45,801 nt of DNA, taken from positions 1-45,801 of the forward strand of contig DAOVET010000011.1 of the NCBI GenBank assembly GCA_030668825.1. Reading direction: 5' to 3'. Position 1 is the first letter of the stretch, and each line of letters opens with the position of its first letter. A model generated the notes under the pieces. The model was not told the origin of the DNA. It made no database searches and was given only the letters and a program-made list of their open reading frames with translations. This document shows positions 29,540 to 38,442 of this stretch, in pieces. A program made the position numbers and the translations under genes. Source of the DNA: Candidatus Heimdallarchaeota archaeon. Its GTDB lineage: Archaea; Asgardarchaeota; Heimdallarchaeia; Heimdallarchaeales; Heimdallarchaeaceae.

Positions 29540-30283
29540 ATGGTACCTGATAAAAAAAATGGTAAACAAAAGAAGCAAAAAGAAGAAAAAAAGGACCTTC
29601 GTTCGGATATTTCAGATGCCTACAGATCATTTGATGCAGGGCTGAAGGATGCTCAAAGGCAAGATGAAGACAGAAGGAAAGAAGTCTTTGAAGAAGGAAT
29701 AGAGAGGATTGAAAAGAAATCAGAAAAAGATCTAATAGCTTCTAAAATGCTAGTTGGTAAGGTACTTGAACTTCGCAAAAGAGCAGGGATGGCAGAAACA
29801 ATAGGAACTGCAGGCAAAGTAAAAACTCCAATGTTGTTTGGTAAAGATGAATTCAAACAAAAACTTGTTCAAGAAATAATGGTCATAGGAACTGAAGAAC
29901 TAGAGGATATTGGTAGTGCAATTACAGTTGTAAACCTCATAGATTACTTCAGGGAAACAAGACCAAACTGGGAGGTAGGAACAGGAGAGATTCTAGAAGT
30001 AATACGCAAACTAGAAGAGAAAGAAGTAATTCCACCAAAAGTAGATCTTGGAGAAGAAGAGGTTTTGATTAGATTCAAACCAATCGAAATGTCAAATGAT
30101 ATACAAGAGATATTAATGCTAGCTACAGGATTACCATCATTATCGGTTGATAAAGTTGCAAGCCATTTAGGATGGTCAATGGAAAGAGCTCAAAGCACGT
30201 TGACATTGATGATGAAGATGGATTTAGCAATACTGGAAGAAGAATCTGGAGATTATTACTTCCCTGGAATTGCTAAAATGTAA
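29540..30283 (+). CDS. ESCRT-II Vps22/Vps36-like (EAP30 family) tandem winged-helix protein
   Basis: Pattern F...L..EI..I, G..IT...L, EI...I.KL, P.E.S.D...IL.LA, LGWS.ERA...L, YYFPG parallels eukaryotic SNF8/Vps22 as recalled. ATG at 29540 preferred over 29516 because of TATA spacing. Confidence 0.8.
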   Translation: MVPDKKNGKQKKQKEEKKDLRSDISDAYRSFDAGLKDAQRQDEDRRKEVFEEGIERIEKKSEKDLIASKMLVGKVLELRKRAGMAETIGTAGKVKTPMLFGKDEFKQKLVQEIMVIGTEELEDIGSAITVVNLIDYFRETRPNWEVGTGEILEVIRKLEEKEVIPPKVDLGEEEVLIRFKPIEMSNDIQEILMLATGLPSLSVDKVASHLGWSMERAQSTLTLMMKMDLAILEEESGDYYFPGIAKM

Positions 30284-30351
30284 TAAGTAAACAAGTCTTA
30301 ATACTCCAAAAGAACAAGGTTTTAATGGTTCTTATCGCCTTTTGCGAAGAG

Positions 30352-30359
30352 TTTATAAA
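30352..30359 (+). promoter_or_regulatory. TATA box with upstream purine-rich BRE-like sequence and no downstream + strand CDS
   Basis: GCGAAGAG-TTTATAAA about 21 nt before a GC-rich hairpin. Confidence 0.4.
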
Positions 30360-30379
30360 GTTTAAAGGGAAGTTATCTT

Positions 30380-30414
30380 GGTGAATCCCCACACTCATTT
30401 TGCGGGGATTCACC
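30380..30414. repeat. Perfect 11-bp GC-rich inverted repeat (candidate small RNA or bidirectional terminator)
   Basis: GGTGAATCCCC (30380-30390) and GGGGATTCACC (30404-30414); flanking AGGGA/TCCCT can extend the pairing. Confidence 0.85.
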
Positions 30415-30447
30415 CTCCCTCCCTCAAGGATCTCGATTTTATATTAA

Positions 30448-31290
30448 TTACTTCATTCTATACCAATATTTTGCTCCCTTGTTTCTTTTCTCCTCATCCA
30501 TTTCTGCTAGAACTTTGACTGCATAGTTAGCAGCTGTAATTGCTTCTTTTTCACCTTTTGTTCCAAAGTCATTAGTAACTCTGCTTGCATACACAGCACA
30601 AATAGCCCCAGTTCTAGCTCCATAGATCTGACCTAATGTAAATATATGGGACGCTTCCATTTCGAGATTCATTACACCCATCTTTTGGAGGTCTGGGACA
30701 ATTTTATTTGTTTTTGATATCTTATAATCTTTATATCCTGGTCTTCCTTGTCCTAGATAAAAACTGGAAGATGAGGCAGCTACTCCTAAATGGTAAGTAA
30801 ATCCTAAAACTTCACATGCTTCTATAAGTGCTAGAACAACTTCATAGTGAGCTGAAGCTGGGTAATCTGCTGGTACATAATATTTGCTAGATCCCTCCAT
30901 CTTAACTGCAGCTGTGTTAATTATCAGATCTCCCAGTTCTATTCCTGGTTGAATAGCACCTGTAGAACCTACTCTTATGAATGTTTCACAACCGATATTG
31001 AGCAATTCTGTAATTGCTATTTCACAAGCAGGTGTTCCAATACCTGTTGAGGTTACACTGATTGGAACTCCATGGATTTTTCCTGTATAAGAATAATATT
31101 GCCGATGAGCAGCGATTTCCTTGAACTCATCCCATGTTTCAGCTATTTTTCTCGCTCTCTCAGGATCTCCAGGAAGAAGTACAGGTCCTTTCAAATCTCC
31201 AGGTTTGCATTCAATATGGTATTGTTTTCCCTCTTCGAAGACAGGTTTATCTGCTTCTATCTTAGCTTTTTCTTTATCCATAATTCTCAA
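30448..31290 (-). CDS. udp: Uridine phosphorylase (PNP/UDP family 1)
   Basis: QYHI, LLPGDPER, STGIG, IRVGSTG, FYLGQGR and EME motifs. Confidence 0.92.
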   Translation of the reverse strand: MRIMDKEKAKIEADKPVFEEGKQYHIECKPGDLKGPVLLPGDPERARKIAETWDEFKEIAAHRQYYSYTGKIHGVPISVTSTGIGTPACEIAITELLNIGCETFIRVGSTGAIQPGIELGDLIINTAAVKMEGSSKYYVPADYPASAHYEVVLALIEACEVLGFTYHLGVAASSSSFYLGQGRPGYKDYKISKTNKIVPDLQKMGVMNLEMEASHIFTLGQIYGARTGAICAVYASRVTNDFGTKGEKEAITAANYAVKVLAEMDEEKRNKGAKYWYRMK

Positions 31291-31337
31291 TAAGCAGATT
31301 AGAATAAAAGTTTTTCATATTATCTCTAGTTTAACAT

Positions 31338-32585
31338 CTAAAGTAGTTCTTTTGCTCTGTCAAAAGATATTTTTTCTTCTTTCATCATTTGTTGAGCAAT
31401 TCTTTCAATATTTTCACCTTTTGCTCCAGCAGTAATTGCTATATTTCTTGCATGCAAGCTCATATGACCTTTTTGAATTCCTTCTGAGCACAACGCCCTA
31501 AGTGCAGCTAGATTTTGAGCTAAACCAACTGCACCTAATACTTCTGAAAATTCCTTTGCACTACTAATACCCATTATTTTGAAAGAAAGTTTGTAAATTG
31601 GATTAACATTCATTGCACCACCAAGGATTCCTACAAAAGTTGGTACTTCAAGATAACCTACTAAATCACCATCTTTATTCTTCTCAAATCTAGACAATGA
31701 TCTGTATCTTCCTTCTTTTACAGCAAAAGCATGAGCTCCCGCTTCTACAGCTCTTGAATCATTACCTGTAGCTAGTAAAACAGCTGTTATTCCATTCATA
31801 ATCCCTTTATTATGAGTTGTACATCTATAGATATCATGTTCTGCAAAATCATATGCCAAAAGAATTTTATCAACAACATCCTCTCCACCCAATTCTTCCT
31901 TGTCAAAAACTGCTTTGACTTTAACTAATCTCCTAATTGCATAATTTGAGATTATCTTAAGCAAAACTTCTCCAGAAGTAATTTTTTCTATCTCGAATTT
32001 GATTTTTTCTAACATTGTATTTACTGCATTTGCACCCATTGCATCTTTTACATCAACAATTAAATGAACCACCAAATATTTCTCTAGCTTTCCATCTACT
32101 TCCCGTATTTCAATATCCTTAGCTCCCCCTCCTAAATCCATCAATATTTTATTTGTTCTATTAGCAAGTTCTAGTAATATATCCTTATTTTTTAGAATGT
32201 TTGAAGAAGCTGCTTTAAAATCGTCTAATCCAATAATTTGAATCTGCCCAATAGCTATCGAGCCTGTATATTCTACTACAAATCCTCCCTTCTTTCTAGC
32301 TATTTTTGCTGCGTGACTTGCAGCTGCTACAATAGATGACTCTTCCACCGCCATTGGGACAAGATGATCTCTTTCATTGACTGTGAAATTGGTTGCAATG
32401 CCTAATGGCAAAACAACTCTACCAATCATATTCTCAATCATATAACTAAGAGTTTCATCTTTGATACCTTGTCCTTTCAGAAGTGCGATTTCTTCATTAG
32501 TTAAATTGCATAAATCTGCAACCTTATTTCGTTTTTCTTCTAGTGAGAGATTGTAAAAATTAGGTATTCGAGAATTAAATGGCAT
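31338..32585 (-). CDS. mvaA: HMG-CoA reductase, class II
   Basis: ENMIG, PMAVEESSIVAA, DAMGAN.VN, THNKGIMNG and GIQKGHMSLH motifs. Confidence 0.95.
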   Translation of the reverse strand: MPFNSRIPNFYNLSLEEKRNKVADLCNLTNEEIALLKGQGIKDETLSYMIENMIGRVVLPLGIATNFTVNERDHLVPMAVEESSIVAAASHAAKIARKKGGFVVEYTGSIAIGQIQIIGLDDFKAASSNILKNKDILLELANRTNKILMDLGGGAKDIEIREVDGKLEKYLVVHLIVDVKDAMGANAVNTMLEKIKFEIEKITSGEVLLKIISNYAIRRLVKVKAVFDKEELGGEDVVDKILLAYDFAEHDIYRCTTHNKGIMNGITAVLLATGNDSRAVEAGAHAFAVKEGRYRSLSRFEKNKDGDLVGYLEVPTFVGILGGAMNVNPIYKLSFKIMGISSAKEFSEVLGAVGLAQNLAALRALCSEGIQKGHMSLHARNIAITAGAKGENIERIAQQMMKEEKISFDRAKELL

Positions 32586-32675
32586 GATATGATTTTCGGT
32601 TACTAAGTTAATATCTTTTTCCTAAATCTCCAGTGTTTGATGTTATTCGAATTGATAAAATAATAGGAATAGGGG

Positions 32676-34430
32676 TCAATGGAACAGATACAAAAACCGC
32701 TCCATATAGTAGAGAAACACTTGATTATAGTACCCAGGGAAGTAAAGATCATTTGCATGACCAGCAAATGGAAATATTAATACTGCACAATCGCTTCTTC
32801 CCAAATCACTATATGTTTTCTGAAATCTTAAAGATTCTCTGATTAAGTTATCTTTAGCTCCTTGGAATATTAAACTTGGAGGGGAGTCAGATACTACTAA
32901 AAGATTTGGATCAACCCATTCTACTTTACTACCAACAGCAAAATCTGCAGTGATATTGTTTGCTGGATAATAAGGAATCAATCCTTTTATTGTCATTGCA
33001 TTGGAAAAAGTACTAGTATAATTTCCAGAATCTATGCTTAAAGCCACAGCACAGGTAAGTTGACCTCCTGCTGAACCTCCTGAAATGAAGACTGAATTAA
33101 GATTAGACCCATATTCAGAAGAATGAGTTTCTAAGAACAGAGTGAAATTACCAACATGTCGCATAATATCATCTAGTGTAAAATTACCAAAAACATATTC
33201 AGGACCTACTGAAAATCCCCCCATCAGATTAGACACGTTATTTAATCCATACTGAATATCGAATACACAATATCCTTGAGCAGCTAGATATCTATTCATC
33301 ATTCTTATGTTCATTAAATTCTTATCACCAAGAACCCAACCCCCACCGTGTATTCTAATAATCGTTGAATTTTCCCCAGGTAATCCAGCGCCGCTGTTAG
33401 GTGGTAAATAAGCATCAAAGAAGAGTTGTATATTTTGGTCAACTGAATAATTACTAGTGCTTCCATCAAAATACAATATATCTGGAATAATGACACAAGA
33501 AGGATTTCCACTACCTAGAAAATACCCAGTTAGTTGAAATGGATTTTTCAGAAAGAAATCCTTGAAACCAGATGAATCGATGGTAGTTTCCCAACTCCCT
33601 CCAAAATATGGGTTATATGCTTCTGAAAAATCATTAAATGCAGCTGCACTGAAAGATGGAGTTGAAAATAATGGAACAAAGCATAATATGGCTATAGTAA
33701 ATCCTAAAACTGAAATTGATATTATTTTAGTTTTAAAAAATTTAGTATACCTTCGGACTGTGTATAATATTAGAAATGTTGAACTTAAACATCCAAGACC
33801 AAAAAAAAGACCAGTTTGAGCTGCAAAAACACCTAATCCGAAACCTAGAAACCTCAAAGAGTTTGGGTTGATTATAGTGATATCCACCAAAATACCTAGA
33901 GAGAGAGAAATTACACCGATTAATACTATAACAGCTCTTAGAATGAGTAAAATCACATTCTTCAATGATTTTATCTCTGAAGTAATATTCTTGGAATAAT
34001 CTAACATTTCATTATCAAATTTAAGAAGGGAAAACACAATTAAAAATGAAGGATAGAGTAAAATTCCAAAATAACCAACTCCTATCATAAGTCCAATTGC
34101 TATATTTGAAGATGGATTAGGTCCATATCCTATGAAATTAGCAAAGAAAATAAGGAAATAAGCTATAGCTACAAAAAAATAATATCCATAAGAGGCTATT
34201 CGAAACCTTTTTACAATTTTCATTTCTGGATTTACTTTCTTACCCACATGAAGAACAATGGAGCTGTTAATGAGAATAGTCAAAATGTAGACGATTCCTG
34301 CAAAATTCCAAAAATGCGAATTATTAGGATAAACAAGATAAATAATCCCCGTTACTATACAAAAAAAGTTTAGAAATAATGTCGCAAGCTTTGAATACAA
34401 AGGTAACCACTTCATTGAAGAGTGTCTCAT
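32676..34430 (-). CDS. Multi-pass membrane protein fused to an alpha/beta hydrolase (HSL-like esterase/lipase)
   Basis: About 7 N-terminal TM helices; HGGGW oxyanion motif, GGSAGG nucleophile elbow, G.KD and GH catalytic residues. Confidence 0.88.
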   Translation of the reverse strand: MRHSSMKWLPLYSKLATLFLNFFCIVTGIIYLVYPNNSHFWNFAGIVYILTILINSSIVLHVGKKVNPEMKIVKRFRIASYGYYFFVAIAYFLIFFANFIGYGPNPSSNIAIGLMIGVGYFGILLYPSFLIVFSLLKFDNEMLDYSKNITSEIKSLKNVILLILRAVIVLIGVISLSLGILVDITIINPNSLRFLGFGLGVFAAQTGLFFGLGCLSSTFLILYTVRRYTKFFKTKIISISVLGFTIAILCFVPLFSTPSFSAAAFNDFSEAYNPYFGGSWETTIDSSGFKDFFLKNPFQLTGYFLGSGNPSCVIIPDILYFDGSTSNYSVDQNIQLFFDAYLPPNSGAGLPGENSTIIRIHGGGWVLGDKNLMNIRMMNRYLAAQGYCVFDIQYGLNNVSNLMGGFSVGPEYVFGNFTLDDIMRHVGNFTLFLETHSSEYGSNLNSVFISGGSAGGQLTCAVALSIDSGNYTSTFSNAMTIKGLIPYYPANNITADFAVGSKVEWVDPNLLVVSDSPPSLIFQGAKDNLIRESLRFQKTYSDLGRSDCAVLIFPFAGHANDLYFPGYYNQVFLYYMERFLYLFH

Positions 34431-34506
34431 TCTGTCAGTATATATATTTTCCTTGAATCATTTACTTTGTTAAGAAAGAGTAAATAAAAAGAGTCTAGTG
34501 GTGAAC

Positions 34507-34725
34507 TTAGAGTTCTTCTAAAACTTGTATTTTTTGATCTTTGAATTGTCTCATAATGCGTGTAACATAGCCTGCTATCAGGTTTCGCATCTTCTTAGAC
34601 ATTGTGGTACAGACTTCTTCAACTACATGTTTGTTGTTTTCAAACTCTGTATTGAGTTGGTCATGAAAATCTCTTACTATTTGTTTGGATAACCGTTTTA
34701 CTTGGCTTGTTCGAATATTACCCAT
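34507..34725 (-). CDS. rps17e: 30S ribosomal protein S17e (eS17)
   Basis: MGNIRT..VKR, FENNK and SKKMRN.IAGYVT motifs. Confidence 0.97.
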   Translation of the reverse strand: MGNIRTSQVKRLSKQIVRDFHDQLNTEFENNKHVVEEVCTTMSKKMRNLIAGYVTRIMRQFKDQKIQVLEEL

Positions 34726-34797
34726 TTAATCACTATCGGTGCATCTTACAACTTATTTTAAATCTTACTATCAACGGCTAGATTTTAGATAATAAAG

Positions 34798-35517
34798 CTA
34801 AAAGTAGAATTGCTCACTTGCATAAACTTCTATACCATTTGGAGTTATAGCAAATGGTCTTTCAGACATTTCATGTTTCAAACCGCGCATTTTGCGGATA
34901 TTCATACTGCGTATGGCAACATTATTCCTATATTCATAATTCAGGACGATGACTCCTTGACTCATGAATTCTTCAACACCAAATCGACTAACTACTCCAC
35001 CTCTCATTTCACTAGTTAAGATAGTTGTACACTCTAAAGAAGACATAACTGCACTGAGTTTGAGAATTTGTTTCCTGATTTGTTGTTCAGATGGCATAGA
35101 TAAAGCTAAAGCTGTTATACTGTCAATGACAACTCTTTCAGCTGAAGTCTTATCAATTATTTCTACTAACTGTGTAATAAGTTCGTCAACATCTACAGGT
35201 GTTTGATATTTCTCTTCAGAACTGACACCAGCTCTAGGGCTAAAACCATCAACAATTACAAGTAAATTATCCTTTTCAATATCATTTAGGTTCCAACCAA
35301 AATTCAAAGTTTCTTCTCGTACATGCTCGGGATGCTCATCGAATGAAACAAAAATTCCACTTTCTCCACCTGATACGATACCATGATAAAGAAATTGCAT
35401 TCCAAATGTGGATTTTCCAGCTCCAGCAGGACCTGCAACTAAAATAGTTCTACCCTTAGGTAGTCCTCCTCCAAGAATTCCATCTAATCCAATTATCCCT
35501 GTTTCAACTACTTCCAT
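34798..35517 (-). CDS. Single-domain KaiC-like (RecA superfamily) ATPase
   Basis: TGI.GLD.ILGGG.P, GPAGAGKS, RVVIDS, SRFGVEEF and KMRG motifs. Confidence 0.93.
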   Translation of the reverse strand: MEVVETGIIGLDGILGGGLPKGRTILVAGPAGAGKSTFGMQFLYHGIVSGGESGIFVSFDEHPEHVREETLNFGWNLNDIEKDNLLVIVDGFSPRAGVSSEEKYQTPVDVDELITQLVEIIDKTSAERVVIDSITALALSMPSEQQIRKQILKLSAVMSSLECTTILTSEMRGGVVSRFGVEEFMSQGVIVLNYEYRNNVAIRSMNIRKMRGLKHEMSERPFAITPNGIEVYASEQFYF

Positions 35518-35570
35518 AAGTTCTTTTCTGCATCAACTATAAAAAGAATTTCGGAAGTATTAGTATTAAT

Positions 35571-37379
35571 TCACTTATCAGCAATAGTTGTTAACTCCCA
35601 TCCTCCTGGAGATCTACACAAAATTGTTGGCTGGGAAACATGGTCTATATGTAAAATCAACTCTACATCATGTTGTTTTCTAAAATGAGCTGAAGCAGGT
35701 ACAACTTTGAATTTACCATCAATAAGATGAATAGTATTACCAAGAGTTGCATTTCGAATTAATTCTTGATTCTCATCTATAATACCAATTCTAGCCATCA
35801 TTCCCCAGTTCATCACTTTGATTAACGGCTTGATTTTGTTTTTCTCTTTCATGTAAGAGATTCCTACACAATAGAGAGGAGATTTCAGATCTATTGCTAG
35901 TGCAGAAAGAGGTTGATATGCAGATGAAGTGAAGTTCTCTAAATCTTTGGGTTTACTAGTAACCTGTAAACTGACCTGATAACTAGATTTGATCTCTGGA
36001 AATTTCTTAATCAAATTTTCATAAAGATTCTGAATGACAGATTTAGCAGGATGAAATCCAGAGAAATATAACCAACCTAGATATTCTAAGCTAGCAATAC
36101 ATAATCCTCTATTCTTGGAATTAAGAGAAAGGTAAAAGGTTTGTTCAAACATTAATGCAGCTTTCTGTAAATCTTCTAACTGCATGAATTTAAACCCAAG
36201 TTGATTGATAAATTCAATGTTATCATAATCATAATCTTTCGCAGTTTCTACTGCTTTCTCCCCTCCTAGAATAACAGTTAGCAAGATTAGTGCCCTTATA
36301 ATATTGACAACATCAGCTCTCTGATATTCGTTACATTCATCCTCAAAAGCTGGAGTGAAGTAGGAATTCAATCTCTGAAATTGTCCTGATAAAAGCAAAA
36401 TAATCATCCGCAAGAGATGAACATCAATGCCATATTTTTCGTTTGCTTCTGAGTTTTGCAATAATATCATGATCAATTTATCCATGTAGACTCTCGCAAG
36501 ATCAACTTTCTTATTTTCAACCAAACTAATGCAAGACAAATAATGTAGTCGACCTAGAAGTTGAAGAGATTCATTATAGATTATGTGATCTTCTATTTTA
36601 TCAATAGCAAGTTTCCAATCCACTAAATGATCAGTTATTTCTCGAATTCTAGCTAACAATTCAGCTTCTAATTCCATATATTTACCTGAGTTAAAATCAT
36701 CTTCTAATCGTTGTAAATCACTTTGAACTTCAGTAAGGAGTTCCTTTAATTGTAAGGATTCAATTGAAAAGCCATCTGTTTCAGGTAAATCACTTTGAGA
36801 TAACTGAGTCATTTTTTCTTCATATTCAGTTCGAATAACAGATATAGCAGAATCAATTATCTTTCTAATTCGTTTTACTGGATCATATCTGTTTGTACTC
36901 TCAATTGAATATCGAATTTCTGCTGTCATTAACTTATTTTCCAGATCTTTAAGGAATGAATTCAAAGTAGGGTCTTGGTTCTCTTCAATAGTAAATTTGG
37001 TGAATGCGCTGTTTGTAAGTGTTGGAATTCCAATCAATTCTGCTGTTTCTAGAAGCTTTAAATCACTACTCACAACAGTTGCGCCCAATTTATCAGCTAA
37101 GTAAATGACAGACAAATCTGGTTTTTGTGGAAGACTTGTTGTATGCTTATGCACTTTTTGAAGAAATTTTTGAAATTCCGAATGATTTACATCTACTACC
37201 TTTACATGAGGTGTAATTTCCCTTTGAAGAAAAAACCTCATTTCATTCTTAATATAGGATGTCATATGAATTTCAAATTTGAGAGCTTTGGAAGCTTTAG
37301 CAAATTTGGAGAATGTATTAGGTAAAGTTTGAAACCCACTAATATAGAAATTTGTATCGATAACAAAATCTGGCATCAA
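35571..37379 (-). CDS. PIN-domain protein with a long helical region and a beta-rich C-terminus
   Basis: FVIDTN, NE, PDLSV..LA and VVSSD..L give the four acidic PIN residues. The remainder was not recognised. Confidence 0.7.
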   Translation of the reverse strand: MMPDFVIDTNFYISGFQTLPNTFSKFAKASKALKFEIHMTSYIKNEMRFFLQREITPHVKVVDVNHSEFQKFLQKVHKHTTSLPQKPDLSVIYLADKLGATVVSSDLKLLETAELIGIPTLTNSAFTKFTIEENQDPTLNSFLKDLENKLMTAEIRYSIESTNRYDPVKRIRKIIDSAISVIRTEYEEKMTQLSQSDLPETDGFSIESLQLKELLTEVQSDLQRLEDDFNSGKYMELEAELLARIREITDHLVDWKLAIDKIEDHIIYNESLQLLGRLHYLSCISLVENKKVDLARVYMDKLIMILLQNSEANEKYGIDVHLLRMIILLLSGQFQRLNSYFTPAFEDECNEYQRADVVNIIRALILLTVILGGEKAVETAKDYDYDNIEFINQLGFKFMQLEDLQKAALMFEQTFYLSLNSKNRGLCIASLEYLGWLYFSGFHPAKSVIQNLYENLIKKFPEIKSSYQVSLQVTSKPKDLENFTSSAYQPLSALAIDLKSPLYCVGISYMKEKNKIKPLIKVMNWGMMARIGIIDENQELIRNATLGNTIHLIDGKFKVVPASAHFRKQHDVELILHIDHVSQPTILCRSPGGWELTTIADK

Positions 37380-37426
37380 TGTTAGTAAGAATAAGCCATA
37401 TTTTTACTTTTTGTAATGAAAGAAAT

Positions 37427-38347
37427 TTATTGCAGCTTCAAATAGAGTTCTTCTAAACCTTCTTTTAAAGAAATAACTGGATTATAGTTCAGTTCTCTCT
37501 TTGCACGGTCAATTGAGGAGTAACTATGGTTAATATCCCCCAGTCTTGCTTCTGTGTATTGAGGGATTAAATCTTTTCCACTGATTTCAATAATTAATTT
37601 AGCCAAATCATTTATTGTAGTTGATTTACCTGAGCCAATATTAAACACGGTAACATCTCCTTTTACCTCTTCAAGAACTAGTTTTATGGCTTTGGCTGCA
37701 TCCTTAACATGCACAAAATCTCTTGATTGGTCTCCTTTTCCTTGAATAACGGGTGGTTTTCCATGTTTCACTTGTTTAATGAATTTGTAAATTACACCAG
37801 CATAGGGATCATCTTCAGCAATAATTGGGCTGTACAAATTGAAAGGAATAACTATAGCAGTATTCAGGTTATATAGTTCTGAAAAAAGCTTGACATATTT
37901 TTCTGCAACTGACTTGCTCAGACCATATGGAGAAAGTGGATTTCTAGGATGGTCTTCAGTAATTGGAAGGAATTCTGGATGCCCAAAGATTGCCGCAGAG
38001 CTGATATAAACAAATTTCTGGATATTCTGTTTTAAAGCATATTCTAGAGCATTTAAAGTCCCCATAATATTGATTTCTGCATCAAAAAGAGGGGATTGAG
38101 TAGATTTCTCAATACTGATCTGTGCTGCTAGGTGAATTACATAATCGAGATCAGGAAGTTTTGGAAAAACCTCATTATCTATGATATCACCTTCAATAAA
38201 AATAACATCTTCTGGAGGTTCAAATTTGGATGTTGATTTATTATCTAAAATGCAGAGATTATAGTGACTCTTTAATTCCTCATAAAGGTAATAGCCAATT
38301 TGTCCTAACCCTCCAGTAATAAGAATGGTTTTTCTCTTTGATGACAT
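37427..38347 (-). CDS. NAD-dependent nucleotide-sugar epimerase/dehydratase (GalE-like)
   Basis: TGGLGQIG, HLAA, SSAA, YGLSK and RDFVHV.D motifs. Confidence 0.93.
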   Translation of the reverse strand: MSSKRKTILITGGLGQIGYYLYEELKSHYNLCILDNKSTSKFEPPEDVIFIEGDIIDNEVFPKLPDLDYVIHLAAQISIEKSTQSPLFDAEINIMGTLNALEYALKQNIQKFVYISSAAIFGHPEFLPITEDHPRNPLSPYGLSKSVAEKYVKLFSELYNLNTAIVIPFNLYSPIIAEDDPYAGVIYKFIKQVKHGKPPVIQGKGDQSRDFVHVKDAAKAIKLVLEEVKGDVTVFNIGSGKSTTINDLAKLIIEISGKDLIPQYTEARLGDINHSYSSIDRAKRELNYNPVISLKEGLEELYLKLQ

Positions 38348-38442
38348 ATGAACATATGTAGAGTAAAACTTTTTAAAAGCATAACGTTCCTTTGCTCAAT
38401 TAGTTCAAATTGATTTTCGTGTTTGAAGAAAAAGGTGAACTC

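Noticed and set aside
30405-30420. 16S rRNA 3'-end fragment (GGATTCACCCTCCCT resembles GGATCACCTCCT)
   Set aside because: Imperfect match and no helix-45 sequence upstream.
34798-35517. Circadian clock KaiC
   Set aside because: Single domain, no kaiA/kaiB and no clear ST phosphosite pair; it is the common archaeal KaiC-like type.
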